Below the pieces are notes generated by a model. The model had not been told where the DNA came from, did not search any database, and was given only the letters and a program-made list of their open reading frames with translations. The position numbers were made by a program, and so were the translations under genes. Positions 25,833-34,669 of a stretch of 38,972 bases of DNA are shown here, piece after piece (position 1 is the stretch's first letter; every line of letters starts with the position of its first letter). Location: positions 1 to 38,972 of IMG/VR virus record IMGVR_UViG_3300032277_002987; one strand, 5' to 3'. Source of the DNA: a virus (taxonomy: Duplodnaviria > Caudoviricetes).

Positions 25833-27247
25833 TCGAAGAGATCTCCCTGGTCAACCTTTGTTGCTACCGATATTGACGTGGTGCCTTCAATTGAACCGGC
25901 AAAGGTCTTTTTAGCCAACAGCATGATTTCGGCTTCTTCACGACTCATCCCCTGCAGCGCGCTGATCTCTTCTGGCGCAAAAATCACATCGTCAGGATAG
26001 TGCTTGGCCAGTTCAGCGATATCGGAAGATTTGTCGGCGATGATATAGCGGTGACCGTTGAGGCTGGTCCCTTTGATGTGACCAGGGATAACCAGCGTTG
26101 GTTTCGGACGCCCGACATATTTGGGAACATGAAACGCAGGGGGCAGCCCGGCCAGCACCCAGCTACGGATATCACCGTTGTGGTCCTGGTAATATTCGCC
26201 GGGATCTTTTCCGGCGGGTACCGGCCATCGCTGAGCCCGGGGGAACTGCTTGAGCCACCAGTTAGAGGCCTGACCGCCAGGGTTCTCTGGTTGGTTGGTT
26301 TTGCTATTGAGGCGCGGTTCAATATCGAGCGCGACCAGAATAGCCAGGGCTTTTTGTAAAGATGCCATCGCCTGCTGTTTGGGTTTGGCGCTGCAGGTGC
26401 CGAGGGGGATCACCGACACATCCAGATCGCGGCACTGCCAGCGAACCATGAAGCCGTCCAGGTCAGACTCAACCACCACGACACCACGCCGACCGGCACC
26501 ACCGATGATAGGGACATCATCACCGGAACCCTGCAGCCAGAAATAACGGGCATCTCCTTCACGGACTTTGCTGCGGCGAATCCGGATACGGTGCGGATTG
26601 CGATCGTTATCGAAAAAGGGGATGAGGATACCTGCGGGGATGAACATCTTTTTCGGCTTTTTATCTTCTTTCAGGATCTCTGGCAGGCCCCAACTTTCAC
26701 GCGAGGGGTAGTGGTCTTCGGATAACCAGCCGAGCTGACCTTTTTGAATTGCCTCTAAAGGCAGGCCACGACTGGCGAGATAGTCAAGCTGCTCAGGGCA
26801 ATCGAGCAGGGCGGTGTGAGCTTTGGCGATGAGCTGCGCAGCTTGTTGCTGCCAGCGCTGTTCTGGCGGGACCGCCACCGACGGGGTAAAGGTTTGCTCT
26901 TTTTTCTGCGCTGCCGGCTGCACTGACTTCGGCTGTTGCCTATGATGCTGGCCACTACCTTTGGGACATTTATCAAAAACCGGACAACCGGAAGACTGAC
27001 AATCAAGCCCAAGGGCCCCGTGAGCTTCAGGGCAACTCATATTTTCGAACTCACGCAAAAAGGCGATAGCATCACCCGAGGATACTGCCTCACCAGAACG
27101 CTCACAGCCTCGGCAGTGCCAGCGATCAACCCAAACCACAAAGCGATCTTCCCCTCCACAGCGCGGACATGGGCCAGCCCACTCTTTAGCTGTCTTCTTT
27201 TTCAAATCAGGGATTTTGGTTTGAGCAATGCTGAGCAGATCCATCAC
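25829..27247 (-). CDS. DNA primase: P4-alpha-type Zn finger plus Toprim domain
   Basis: GPCPRCGGEDRF...WHCRGC, VVVESDLD, ALDIE and GKDPGE motifs. Confidence 0.85.
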   Translation of the reverse strand: MMDLLSIAQTKIPDLKKKTAKEWAGPCPRCGGEDRFVVWVDRWHCRGCERSGEAVSSGDAIAFLREFENMSCPEAHGALGLDCQSSGCPVFDKCPKGSGQHHRQQPKSVQPAAQKKEQTFTPSVAVPPEQRWQQQAAQLIAKAHTALLDCPEQLDYLASRGLPLEAIQKGQLGWLSEDHYPSRESWGLPEILKEDKKPKKMFIPAGILIPFFDNDRNPHRIRIRRSKVREGDARYFWLQGSGDDVPIIGGAGRRGVVVVESDLDGFMVRWQCRDLDVSVIPLGTCSAKPKQQAMASLQKALAILVALDIEPRLNSKTNQPENPGGQASNWWLKQFPRAQRWPVPAGKDPGEYYQDHNGDIRSWVLAGLPPAFHVPKYVGRPKPTLVIPGHIKGTSLNGHRYIIADKSSDIAELAKHYPDDVIFAPEEISALQGMSREEAEIMLLAKKTFAGSIEGTTSISVATKVDQGDLFE

Positions 27248-27254
27248 TTAACCT

Positions 27255-27540
27255 TTTTTGTGAAGTTGAGTTGATAATTTTCATAATTTTTCGTCATAAT
27301 TATATAATCATTTTAAAAAACAGTTACTTAACTTTAAAAATTATCAAATTATCAATATTTACTGTTTTCTGAAAAAAATAAAAAAATAAAAAAAGAGAAA
27401 TTGTTTTTCCATTTATTGCTTCCTGTACACACGCGCGAACTTTTCATAATTGATAATTTTCAGCTATATTGCTTAACGATTACGGTGGCTTATGAAAATT
27501 ATTACGAAAATAGCCCCGTTTTTAACTTGATAATTGATCA
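27255..27540. other. Putative replication origin (AT-rich, with direct and inverted iterons)
   Basis: TTGATAATT at 27271, 27450 and 27527; inverted AATTATCAA at 27339 and 27347; TCATAATT variants; long A tracts; lies between helicase and primase genes. Confidence 0.7.
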
Positions 27541-29363
27541 TCCCCCGGCCCCCCGGTTGGTGCATCCCGCCAGAAATATTGGTCATCATAGAGAGCTCCC
27601 TCGAAGGTGACGCCGGAGATATAGAGCTTGCCGCTGGTGTCTTTGGGATCGGGGAGGATGTACCCCTTTTTGCGCAGCTGTTCGCCAAATTTGCGCTTTT
27701 TGGGAATATAACGATCATCGTCTTTGCCGTTACCATGGGTTTCGGCATACCACTTTTTGAAGCGATTATAGAAAGCGGCGAACAAAACGCAGGTTTCTGG
27801 GTCGGTTCGTGTACAGACTGAATCAAGAAACTGTTCCTGATAGTCCTCTTTTTTGCGGATATCCTCGACGGCCGCACGGATTGAATCAGGAATTTTCAGG
27901 CCCTTGTCTTGCGGGTTCTGATATTTAAGACAGCCACGGACCAGCCAGGCGAGAATGCCGGACTTTTCAGCCTTCAGTTTGGCCTTAAGGTCACCATCCT
28001 TCTTGCGAAAAAGGTGGGCGTTTTGCGGTTCCTGCTTCTTCCAATAGTCAACATCTTCGACATAGCGGAGCTCGTAGGTAATATAGAGTAGCCGCCGAAT
28101 CATGGCGAAATCTGCAGTTAAGCCCCTGGGGGGATGGTTGCTGTAAATCGCCAGGGTATGGGTCGGCATGAAATTGGTGTCGTATTTGTCGAACAGGTTG
28201 CGGCCGGTGAGGGTGTCCTGGCCGGTGTAGCGCTTGAGATTTGCGCCGCTCATCTTTCGGCCTTCGTCGGTTTCGGAGGCGACAATCAGTCTGCGGCCCT
28301 GCATCGACATAACGGCCGGGGAAGGTCCATCGGGACTTTTAACGGTTTTGCTGTCGAGTAGCATTTCAGGGTTGATGCTCCAGGAAAGTTCACCAAGGAT
28401 CTCGCGCAGAATTTCGAACATGAGCCCTTTGCCGTTGGCACCTTCGCCGATGAAAAAGGCGTACATCTGCTCGGGATCGGCACCGATCAGGCAGTAACCG
28501 AAGAAGCGATGAATGAACTCAATCAGGTCTGGATCCTCCATGTGGATCTCAGCTATGACTCTCTCCCAGACTGGTGCCGGGGCGTCGATGTCGAGAAATT
28601 CAACCGGGATAGCGCGAACCAGGTAATCATCGGGATTGCCGGGCAAGAGCTTTCCGGTTTCGAGATCGATGACGCCATTGGCACAGGGGAGCAACATCGG
28701 CTTTTGATCTACTTCATCGCCGTAGATCCACAACCCTTGCCGGCCCAGTTTATGGGAAAATTCGGTGCAATTCTTGGCACCCTTTAAACCCCGCAGGCGC
28801 TTGACTCTGGCAGTGAATTCTTTTTGCTTGGCGACCAGGTATTTCATCTGGACACTGGCTTTAAGTACGGCCTGTTCAGCCTTCTGCCCTTCGCGATCAC
28901 ATTCGGCTATTGCCTCGGGTGTGGCGTCTTTGTCTTTGCCGAGCTCTTTGTATAGTTTGTTGTAATGCTTTATGAGGTCGTTGGCTTCGGCTATCTCGTT
29001 TCTGGCTTCATCTATACTCGGTTTCAATCCATCTCCTTCACGCTCGTAAAGAAGGGCGACATCTTCAACCGCTGCGTGATGAAAATCAGCCTTATCAATC
29101 TGCCAATGATGACCGGACCAGCGGAACCAAGCTTTGGCTTTTTCGTCACGACTTTTGACGTAGACAAACCGGCCTCGGTGCAGGGTGGCAAACAGGATGC
29201 CATCGCCGCGCTCATTCTGCTCCAGGCAATACTGGATAAGGTCGGAGTCATCGGTTGGATTTACCTGCTCTTCTTCAGGCAGAGGAATGTGCTCAATCTC
29301 TTCCCGCTGCCGATTGGCAACTTGCCGCTGGATCTCACTGAGGTCTACTGGCTGATCATTCAT
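27522..29363 (-). CDS. P4-family D5/SF3 helicase with D5_N and C-terminal winged-helix domains
   Basis: NGVIDLETGKL, GEGANGKG Walker A, ASETDEG, LKRYTGQDTLTGR, SNHPP, RRL. Confidence 0.92.
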   Translation of the reverse strand: MNDQPVDLSEIQRQVANRQREEIEHIPLPEEEQVNPTDDSDLIQYCLEQNERGDGILFATLHRGRFVYVKSRDEKAKAWFRWSGHHWQIDKADFHHAAVEDVALLYEREGDGLKPSIDEARNEIAEANDLIKHYNKLYKELGKDKDATPEAIAECDREGQKAEQAVLKASVQMKYLVAKQKEFTARVKRLRGLKGAKNCTEFSHKLGRQGLWIYGDEVDQKPMLLPCANGVIDLETGKLLPGNPDDYLVRAIPVEFLDIDAPAPVWERVIAEIHMEDPDLIEFIHRFFGYCLIGADPEQMYAFFIGEGANGKGLMFEILREILGELSWSINPEMLLDSKTVKSPDGPSPAVMSMQGRRLIVASETDEGRKMSGANLKRYTGQDTLTGRNLFDKYDTNFMPTHTLAIYSNHPPRGLTADFAMIRRLLYITYELRYVEDVDYWKKQEPQNAHLFRKKDGDLKAKLKAEKSGILAWLVRGCLKYQNPQDKGLKIPDSIRAAVEDIRKKEDYQEQFLDSVCTRTDPETCVLFAAFYNRFKKWYAETHGNGKDDDRYIPKKRKFGEQLRKKGYILPDPKDTSGKLYISGVTFEGALYDDQYFWRDAPTGGPGDDQLSS

Positions 29364-29722
29364 CAGCGGCAGCCCTCACGGAAACGACGTTGCCAGACAC
29401 GTACGGTATCGGTCGATAGTTGGCAGGCGGCGGAGATCTCCAACACCGGTGTTTGTAGACTGGTAAGAAAAACCAGAAGGAAGATCTGTCGTTCATCAGC
29501 GGTTGAGCCCTGCAATATGGAATCGGTGCGCCAGGTGAACCAACGGCCACAGTCGTTGCAATGTACTCGGCCACCTGCCTTGAAGGTTTCATTTTGCAGA
29601 CCATAAAGGGACAGTCGGCAAACTGGGCAACATCCTCCAACTGGATGCAAGCGCCGCATCAGGAATACCCGGCAAAAATCGGGGTTCAGCAAATCGACCC
29701 CCGCAGCAATGGCACACTTCAC
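29363..29722 (-). CDS. Zn-ribbon + HTH protein resembling the N-terminus of IS1595-family transposases
   Basis: RLHPVGGCCPVC...HCNDCGRWFTWRTDSILQGS...EISAACQLSTDTVRVW. GAGGAGG SD before GTG 29722; TGATG overlap with the helicase. Confidence 0.7.
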   Translation of the reverse strand: MKCAIAAGVDLLNPDFCRVFLMRRLHPVGGCCPVCRLSLYGLQNETFKAGGRVHCNDCGRWFTWRTDSILQGSTADERQIFLLVFLTSLQTPVLEISAACQLSTDTVRVWQRRFREGCR

Positions 29723-29815
29723 AATCAAACCTCCTCTCAATCAGGCAACAAACAGTCGAAACCGTTAAAAATCCAGTCTTCCAGTAATTTCAAAAAATAC
29801 AAACGGACACGAATA

Positions 29816-29861
29816 CTGCGCGCTTGCACACCCGCATGCGCTCAGGTCCCAGGAAGGACCC
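29816..29861 (-). other. Lambda-type cos site (cosQ + cosN)
   Basis: GGGTCCT (identical to lambda cosQ), 22 nt, then TGCG|GGTGTGCAAGCG|CGCA: a 12-nt core (29832-29821) with symmetric flanks. Confidence 0.7.
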
Positions 29862-29884
29862 ATGATTTATGCGGGCGACAATGG

Positions 29885-30514
29885 TCAGATCAGACCGGCT
29901 TGTTTCAGTCTCCACTCCAGTTCATGGTTGAACAGCTGCTCAAGATCTTCCATCGTCTGATCAGTGAACCGGTCATAGAACTCAGAGTCGCTGAACATGC
30001 TGGCCGGGCTGATCACAGCCTTCGCCTCGATCGGGTAATGGCCTTTCCCCTTGCGCCGTAACACCATCACGTGCCCGCTGCTCGATGCCTGCATGAACGC
30101 GTTGGTCAGTCTGACTTTCTTCCCCTTGATGATCTCGGCCTGAACACCTTGGAATCTTGAGCGCCGCTGATTTGTCCGGCTCGATGTTCTAGTGATCACC
30201 CGATTACCCGAGAATTGCTTCGCACCAAAATAGCTGAGCGACAACGACGCCCCCTTGATCACCATCTCGAACGACTCGTAAGAGCTCCCGCCCTGACCAG
30301 CCTTCACTTTGATCTTCCCATCAAGATCTTTCTTCTTGATGTTCCACTTCTTGCGCATCTCGGCACTCAGCTTAGAACGAGTCCGCTTGCGCAGTTTTCC
30401 CATGGTGCTGTAGATCGCCTGCTTGATAATCTTCGCAGTCTCATCGCAGGTACCGTTGAGCGCCTCTTCAAAAACATCTGCGTCGAACCAGATCAATTCA
30501 TCACTGTGAGCCAT
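29885..30514 (-). CDS. Minor tail protein Z (gpZ-like)
   Basis: Very basic; LSLSYFGAKQ, NAFMQASSSGHVMVLRRKG..YPI, SPASMF patterns; start set to ATG 30514. Confidence 0.75.
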   Translation of the reverse strand: MAHSDELIWFDADVFEEALNGTCDETAKIIKQAIYSTMGKLRKRTRSKLSAEMRKKWNIKKKDLDGKIKVKAGQGGSSYESFEMVIKGASLSLSYFGAKQFSGNRVITRTSSRTNQRRSRFQGVQAEIIKGKKVRLTNAFMQASSSGHVMVLRRKGKGHYPIEAKAVISPASMFSDSEFYDRFTDQTMEDLEQLFNHELEWRLKQAGLI

Positions 30515-30695
30515 GATCATCTCCATTTTGCTCGAAATCCCCCAGGGGGGCGGCGGGGGAGGCGGCAATGCAGGGATCTTGCAAGCGCTTCCCCGCGCTC
30601 GGCGTGCTGGTTATTCCCGCGCAGTCCGCACCGCACAGACCGCACGGCCCATTACACATTACAGATCCATTCACCTGACAACGGAAACACGGCAC
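30501..30695 (-). CDS. Cys-rich hypothetical protein
   Basis: 64 aa; GTG start overlaps the MTase stop; fills the gap. Confidence 0.4.
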   Translation of the reverse strand: MPCFRCQVNGSVMCNGPCGLCGADCAGITSTPSAGKRLQDPCIAASPAAPLGDFEQNGDDHGSQ

Positions 30696-32308
30696 TACGC
30701 GACCTCCTCGGCAACGGCAATAGCTTCAACCACATTCGCCCGTACCAACGCCTCGGCAATCGGCGGGCAGACTGAGTTCCCGCAGCGGGCCACCTGCGCC
30801 GTCTTCGTGATCCGGTTCCCCTCGGCATCTCGATCAATGATGTAATCGTCACTAAAGCCCTGAGCCCGGAACAGTTCACGGGGCTCAAGCATCCGCATGC
30901 CGATATCAATAATCTCGTAGTCCTCACCCTGCACAGTGACCAACCCGAACCGGTGCTTGCTGGTCACCGTCTGAAGTGGCTCAGCGCAGCCATGGCCGAT
31001 ATTGGAGCCGTAATACTTCAGCAGAAAGGCACGCACCTCACCAACATGGAACCCTCCGGCGGTAACCGTCGGCATCGGCTTGCGCACGTCCTGACCATCC
31101 TTACAGGTGCCGCGCAGCTTCAGCAGGTTGCTGGTCACCAACCCGGTCTTGCCTAATCCCCCAGGCGTCACCGTTCCGATCGGCTGGTTCATGGCACTGC
31201 CAACGCTCTGCCCGAAGTGGCGCACCAAGTTAGCCGTCACGATCTGATTCTGAGTCCCGCGCATCGTCGTAGTCGGCAGCGGGGTATCGATCTTGACACC
31301 CGTCGCACCACCGAAATGCTTGGCCAGAAAAGCAGCAACAAGCGCAGTCTTGCTTTTTCTCGTCTCGGCACCTAACGGCTGGTCTACTGCGTTGCCGCCG
31401 CTTCGTGAGAACATCCGCTCGATATGCGGGACAACTAAACAATGCTCCGCCTTGCTCGTAATCGTAGTCAGAGGCTGATCAATGGGATACTGCAGCCGAT
31501 CACCACCGAACCCGGTCTGACCGATCCGCACAATAAAGGGATCAGTATTGTTGATCACGAACCGCTGCAGCCCTCTGGCGATCCGGCGCATGGTGTTCTC
31601 AGCCAACGGCCGCTTACGCTCGAAAATACTCTGCACCGGGATAGACCAGTCGATAATGCTGGCAGCAGTCTTGTAAGGGATCAGCCCCGGCCCATGAGTC
31701 GGCGTAGGCCAGACAATCGGCTCACCATCACAACGCGCAATAACAAACAACCGCTTGCGGATCGTCGGCGCCCCATAGTCACAAGCCCGCAACTCACGAT
31801 GCTCAACCTGATACCCAAGGCGAACCAGCTCCCGCTTCCAATGCTCAAACGTCTCACCCTTGCGGATAGGGCAGGGCATGTTCTCTTTAGTCAGCGGTCC
31901 CCATGTCTTAAACTCCTCAACGTTCTCCAACATGATCACCCGGGGCTTGACCTTCTTGGCCCAGCGGATAACCACCCAGGCCAGCCCCCTGATCTTCTTT
32001 TCGACAGGCTTACCACCCTTGGCCTTGCTGAAATGCTTGCAATCCGGAGAGAACCAGGCCAACCCAACAGGACGACCAGCACAAACCTCGACAGGATCGA
32101 TATCCCATACCGATTCGCAGAAATGACGTGTCAAAGGATGATTAATCGTGTGCATTGCGATCGCATCAGGATCATGATTGATAGCGATATCAACCGGCCG
32201 TCCCAACGCAGCCTCAATGCCAGTAGAAGCACCGCCACCACCAGCGAAGTTGTCGACGATCAGGTCATCGAACCCGAATCTTAATTGAGGCGTGATGCGG
32301 TAGGTCAA
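30695..32308 (-). CDS. C5 cytosine DNA methyltransferase
   Basis: FAGGGG, SPDC, ENV, RKRLF, RAQGF and GNSV motifs; repeated PLxTIT units in the variable region. Confidence 0.95.
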   Translation of the reverse strand: MTYRITPQLRFGFDDLIVDNFAGGGGASTGIEAALGRPVDIAINHDPDAIAMHTINHPLTRHFCESVWDIDPVEVCAGRPVGLAWFSPDCKHFSKAKGGKPVEKKIRGLAWVVIRWAKKVKPRVIMLENVEEFKTWGPLTKENMPCPIRKGETFEHWKRELVRLGYQVEHRELRACDYGAPTIRKRLFVIARCDGEPIVWPTPTHGPGLIPYKTAASIIDWSIPVQSIFERKRPLAENTMRRIARGLQRFVINNTDPFIVRIGQTGFGGDRLQYPIDQPLTTITSKAEHCLVVPHIERMFSRSGGNAVDQPLGAETRKSKTALVAAFLAKHFGGATGVKIDTPLPTTTMRGTQNQIVTANLVRHFGQSVGSAMNQPIGTVTPGGLGKTGLVTSNLLKLRGTCKDGQDVRKPMPTVTAGGFHVGEVRAFLLKYYGSNIGHGCAEPLQTVTSKHRFGLVTVQGEDYEIIDIGMRMLEPRELFRAQGFSDDYIIDRDAEGNRITKTAQVARCGNSVCPPIAEALVRANVVEAIAVAEEVA

Positions 32309-32673
32309 ACCGCCACCTCCAGATCATCCGCAAAACACCAAAACTCTTCCTGCTCAAACTCATCATTCTCCAACGTCTCAACCAGGTAGATCTTCGGATC
32401 CGCATCACGCTGGACAGCCAACACTATTGCCTTGGTACCAGGTGCGATCTGTGCCCCAGTCGGAGCCTCGATAGGCGAAACCGTCCGAACCTGCTTGCCG
32501 CTCGTCAGTAACACCGCCTTCTTCGCAGCCAACCCCGCGATCACCTTATCCGTCAGCTCATCGCCATGGACTTTCCGCATATGAGGCCAGCACAGGCCGT
32601 GAGAATCGTTATCTTGCTCAGGGATATTCTGTTCGCGTTGGCACAAAACGCAGATCGATCTGACTTCCTGCAT
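32305..32673 (-). CDS. Hypothetical protein with CxxC...HGLC motif
   Basis: AGGAGG SD; coupled to the MTase start. Confidence 0.65.
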   Translation of the reverse strand: MQEVRSICVLCQREQNIPEQDNDSHGLCWPHMRKVHGDELTDKVIAGLAAKKAVLLTSGKQVRTVSPIEAPTGAQIAPGTKAIVLAVQRDADPKIYLVETLENDEFEQEEFWCFADDLEVAV

Positions 32674-32705
32674 AACAAAACCTCCTGGCAATAAACGAAA
32701 AACTC

Positions 32706-32891
32706 TTAGTTCAAAACACTGTGCGCCGTGGCATCAAAGACCCCTTCAACACCACGATAGTAATTTGGAGCAAAACTGTTACAGCCAGGCAGATCTAAAT
32801 CATTCGCCCAGGCGATAAGAGCTTGATGGCAACGATCAGAAAACAACGGGCAAAGAGACCTTCTCTTGCAACACCTGCAATCGACCTGCAT
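32706..32891 (-). CDS. Small Cys-rich hypothetical protein
   Basis: AGGAGG SD; 61 aa, in operon order. Confidence 0.6.
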   Translation of the reverse strand: MQVDCRCCKRRSLCPLFSDRCHQALIAWANDLDLPGCNSFAPNYYRGVEGVFDATAHSVLN

Positions 32892-32900
32892 ACCAACCTC

Positions 32901-33026
32901 CTACTCGGCAAAGACCAGGTAGTACCCGTGAGAACGGCGAGAAGTCTCGTAATCATCCGTTTGAGCCCAACCCATCGCGACCAAGATCAGCAAGAAAACA
33001 CCCAGGGCAATCAAGTTTCTTTTCAT
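32901..33026 (-). CDS. 41-aa single-TM/signal peptide protein (absent from the ORF track)
   Basis: MKRNLIALGVFLLILVAMGWAQTDDYETSRRSHGYYLVFAE; AGGAG SD. Confidence 0.65.
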   Translation of the reverse strand: MKRNLIALGVFLLILVAMGWAQTDDYETSRRSHGYYLVFAE

Positions 33027-33114
33027 CGGAAAATCTCCTGTTATACTTGGTCGTGATCGGTTCCCCGTCGGAGGGGGGGGGACTGATCACGATTCAACCA
33101 GCCAACACGATCAC

Positions 33115-33330
33115 CTAATTGGTTCTGCGGCCCTTACCCCTGAGCATTTTGTTCCGCGCCTGAATCCCCGCCAGCGGATCGTCAGACCTCATGATCAAAT
33201 CAAGATCGCTCGAAGCAGACATCCGACCAGAAACCTGAACGGTCCCTTGCTGAAGTACCTTCTCAAGGTTGTCGCTTAAGCGCTTAACCTCGTTAAGTAA
33301 GTCAGCAAACTGCTTCTCAGTCGGCGCCAT
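33115..33330 (-). CDS. Hypothetical protein
   Basis: 71 aa, starts 3 nt after the cII-like stop. Confidence 0.6.
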   Translation of the reverse strand: MAPTEKQFADLLNEVKRLSDNLEKVLQQGTVQVSGRMSASSDLDLIMRSDDPLAGIQARNKMLRGKGRRTN

Positions 33331-33333
33331 AAC

Positions 33334-33801
33334 TCAGCTCTTTGTTGCAGCAGCTTTCACCGCCTCTTTCAAGGCCATCGCCTTCGCCACCTGCTCGTCG
33401 ATTTCACGCTCCAGGCGCTTCGCCTCAAGCTGGGAAATGCTGTGATCCTCCAGCGCCTTGCCCACCTCGGTCATCACATCACCGAACTCCTTAACGTTCT
33501 CGATGATCAACTCCTCGATCCGGCTAAACGACTCAGGCACCTCCGGCAACTGCAGCATCACGTGGTTAATCGAACGCACTAAAAAGTTGAGCGCATTGCG
33601 CCCACCCGTTACCTGGGCAAACCGCGCCAGCTTACGCGCCTGAAAGTTGAACTCAGGCAGGTCAGGGTTGCAGGCATTCATCAGCATGCTGTAAGACATC
33701 TCCAGCTCCTCGGCCAGGACCTTGGCCGGAACCTTTGAACCCCGCAAATCCTCCTGCAACGCCTCTTTAAATGTGATGATCATCGATTTCACCTTTGACA
33801 T
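33334..33801 (-). CDS. Phage regulatory CII-family protein (P2/186 type)
   Basis: AKVLAEELEMSYSMLMNACNPD HTH and KEFGDV...ALEDHSISQLEAKRLERE C-terminal helices. Confidence 0.8.
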   Translation of the reverse strand: MSKVKSMIITFKEALQEDLRGSKVPAKVLAEELEMSYSMLMNACNPDLPEFNFQARKLARFAQVTGGRNALNFLVRSINHVMLQLPEVPESFSRIEELIIENVKEFGDVMTEVGKALEDHSISQLEAKRLEREIDEQVAKAMALKEAVKAAATKS

Positions 33802-33827
33802 AGAATTGCTCCCCCAATCTCTACTGT

Positions 33828-34076
33828 TTAATGACCGGCCAGTTGACTATTATCCGAGCCATGCCTAGTGACCAGATCATCAATCGTCACATCAAGAGCA
33901 CGCGCCAAACCAAGCATCGTATCCAGGGTCGGATTACGCGTACTTCCACGCAACAACTGGCTGATCCTGCTCGCCGGAATGCGCGCCTCATAAGACAGCT
34001 TCTGCGCGCTGATTCCCTTTTCATTCATCAATCGTCTCAAGTTCTCAATAAGCGCGTTTTCGTTATTCGTTTGCAT
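33828..34076 (-). CDS. XRE-family HTH regulator (Cro-like)
   Basis: NLRRLMNEKGISAQKLS...NPTLDTMLGLARALDVTIDDL. Confidence 0.88.
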   Translation of the reverse strand: MQTNNENALIENLRRLMNEKGISAQKLSYEARIPASRISQLLRGSTRNPTLDTMLGLARALDVTIDDLVTRHGSDNSQLAGH

Positions 34077-34138
34077 AACTCTTTAATCCTTGATAAATTT
34101 CGCGTGGTTACTTAGGCAACACACACGGAGGCGGGGCC

Positions 34139-34366
34139 ATGCACTACTATCAATCCAGCGTCGGCACCTTCATCATCAAGCCCGCCCAAGACAATCGGTG
34201 GACTCTCTTAATTGACGATGAGTTCCTCGGCAGCTACGGCACCGCCAATCAAGCCGCAGGCGATGTTCACGACCACGCCACCGGCTGTGACGACTGGGAT
34301 CTGCTCCTCACTTATGAAGCCCCTGACAACATTCAGGAATGGTCAAAGACCCATCCTTCAGACTGA
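34139..34366 (+). CDS. Small acidic hypothetical protein, antisense within the early operon
   Basis: GGAGG SD; globular-looking 75 aa sequence. Confidence 0.65.
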   Translation: MHYYQSSVGTFIIKPAQDNRWTLLIDDEFLGSYGTANQAAGDVHDHATGCDDWDLLLTYEAPDNIQEWSKTHPSD

Positions 34367-34574
34367 GAGCAGCAGCACGGTTCAACAACAGCTCAGCCGC
34401 ATGACGCATACCGACAACCTTGAATTTGGATGAAACTTGCCCGTAACGGTCACAACGCCTGGCGCCAATTGCAGCATTTGACGCAGATAAACAAATGATC
34501 TCCTCGGCAAGGCCGGTGAGTTCGCCGATGACAGCAGATAGTTCAGGTTCGGTATAGATAGGCTTCTCACTCAC
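34308..34574 (-). CDS. Hypothetical protein, first gene of the leftward early operon
   Basis: AAGGAG SD before GTG; divergent from the repressor. Confidence 0.5.
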   Translation of the reverse strand: MSEKPIYTEPELSAVIGELTGLAEEIICLSASNAAIGARRCDRYGQVSSKFKVVGMRHAAELLLNRAAALSLKDGSLTIPECCQGLHK

Positions 34575-34631
34575 GTCGCTTCTCCTTAGAAATCGATTTC
34601 TGTTTCTACTGCGTTCGTGAATAACGAATAA

Positions 34632-34646
34632 CTCACAAAGGGTGAG
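34632..34646. promoter_or_regulatory. Putative operator in the divergent switch region
   Basis: Palindrome CTCAC-AAAGG-GTGAG next to a minus-strand TTGACT -35 element. Confidence 0.5.
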
Positions 34647-34669
34647 CAGTCAACAGAAAAGTAAACGTT

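Noticed and set aside
29356-29640. Alternative-frame 94-aa ORF
   Set aside because: Overlaps the Zn-ribbon/HTH gene, which has the SD, recognisable motifs and coupling to the helicase.
29363-29722. Intact insertion sequence
   Set aside because: No DDE catalytic domain, terminal inverted repeats or target duplication visible.
112-32284. Long + strand ORFs opposite the phage genes (e.g. 112..855, 2305..3384, 14424..15044, 16853..17605, 23282..24172, 31442..32284)
   Set aside because: Antisense shadow frames of high-GC coding genes; no SD sequences or recognisable motifs.
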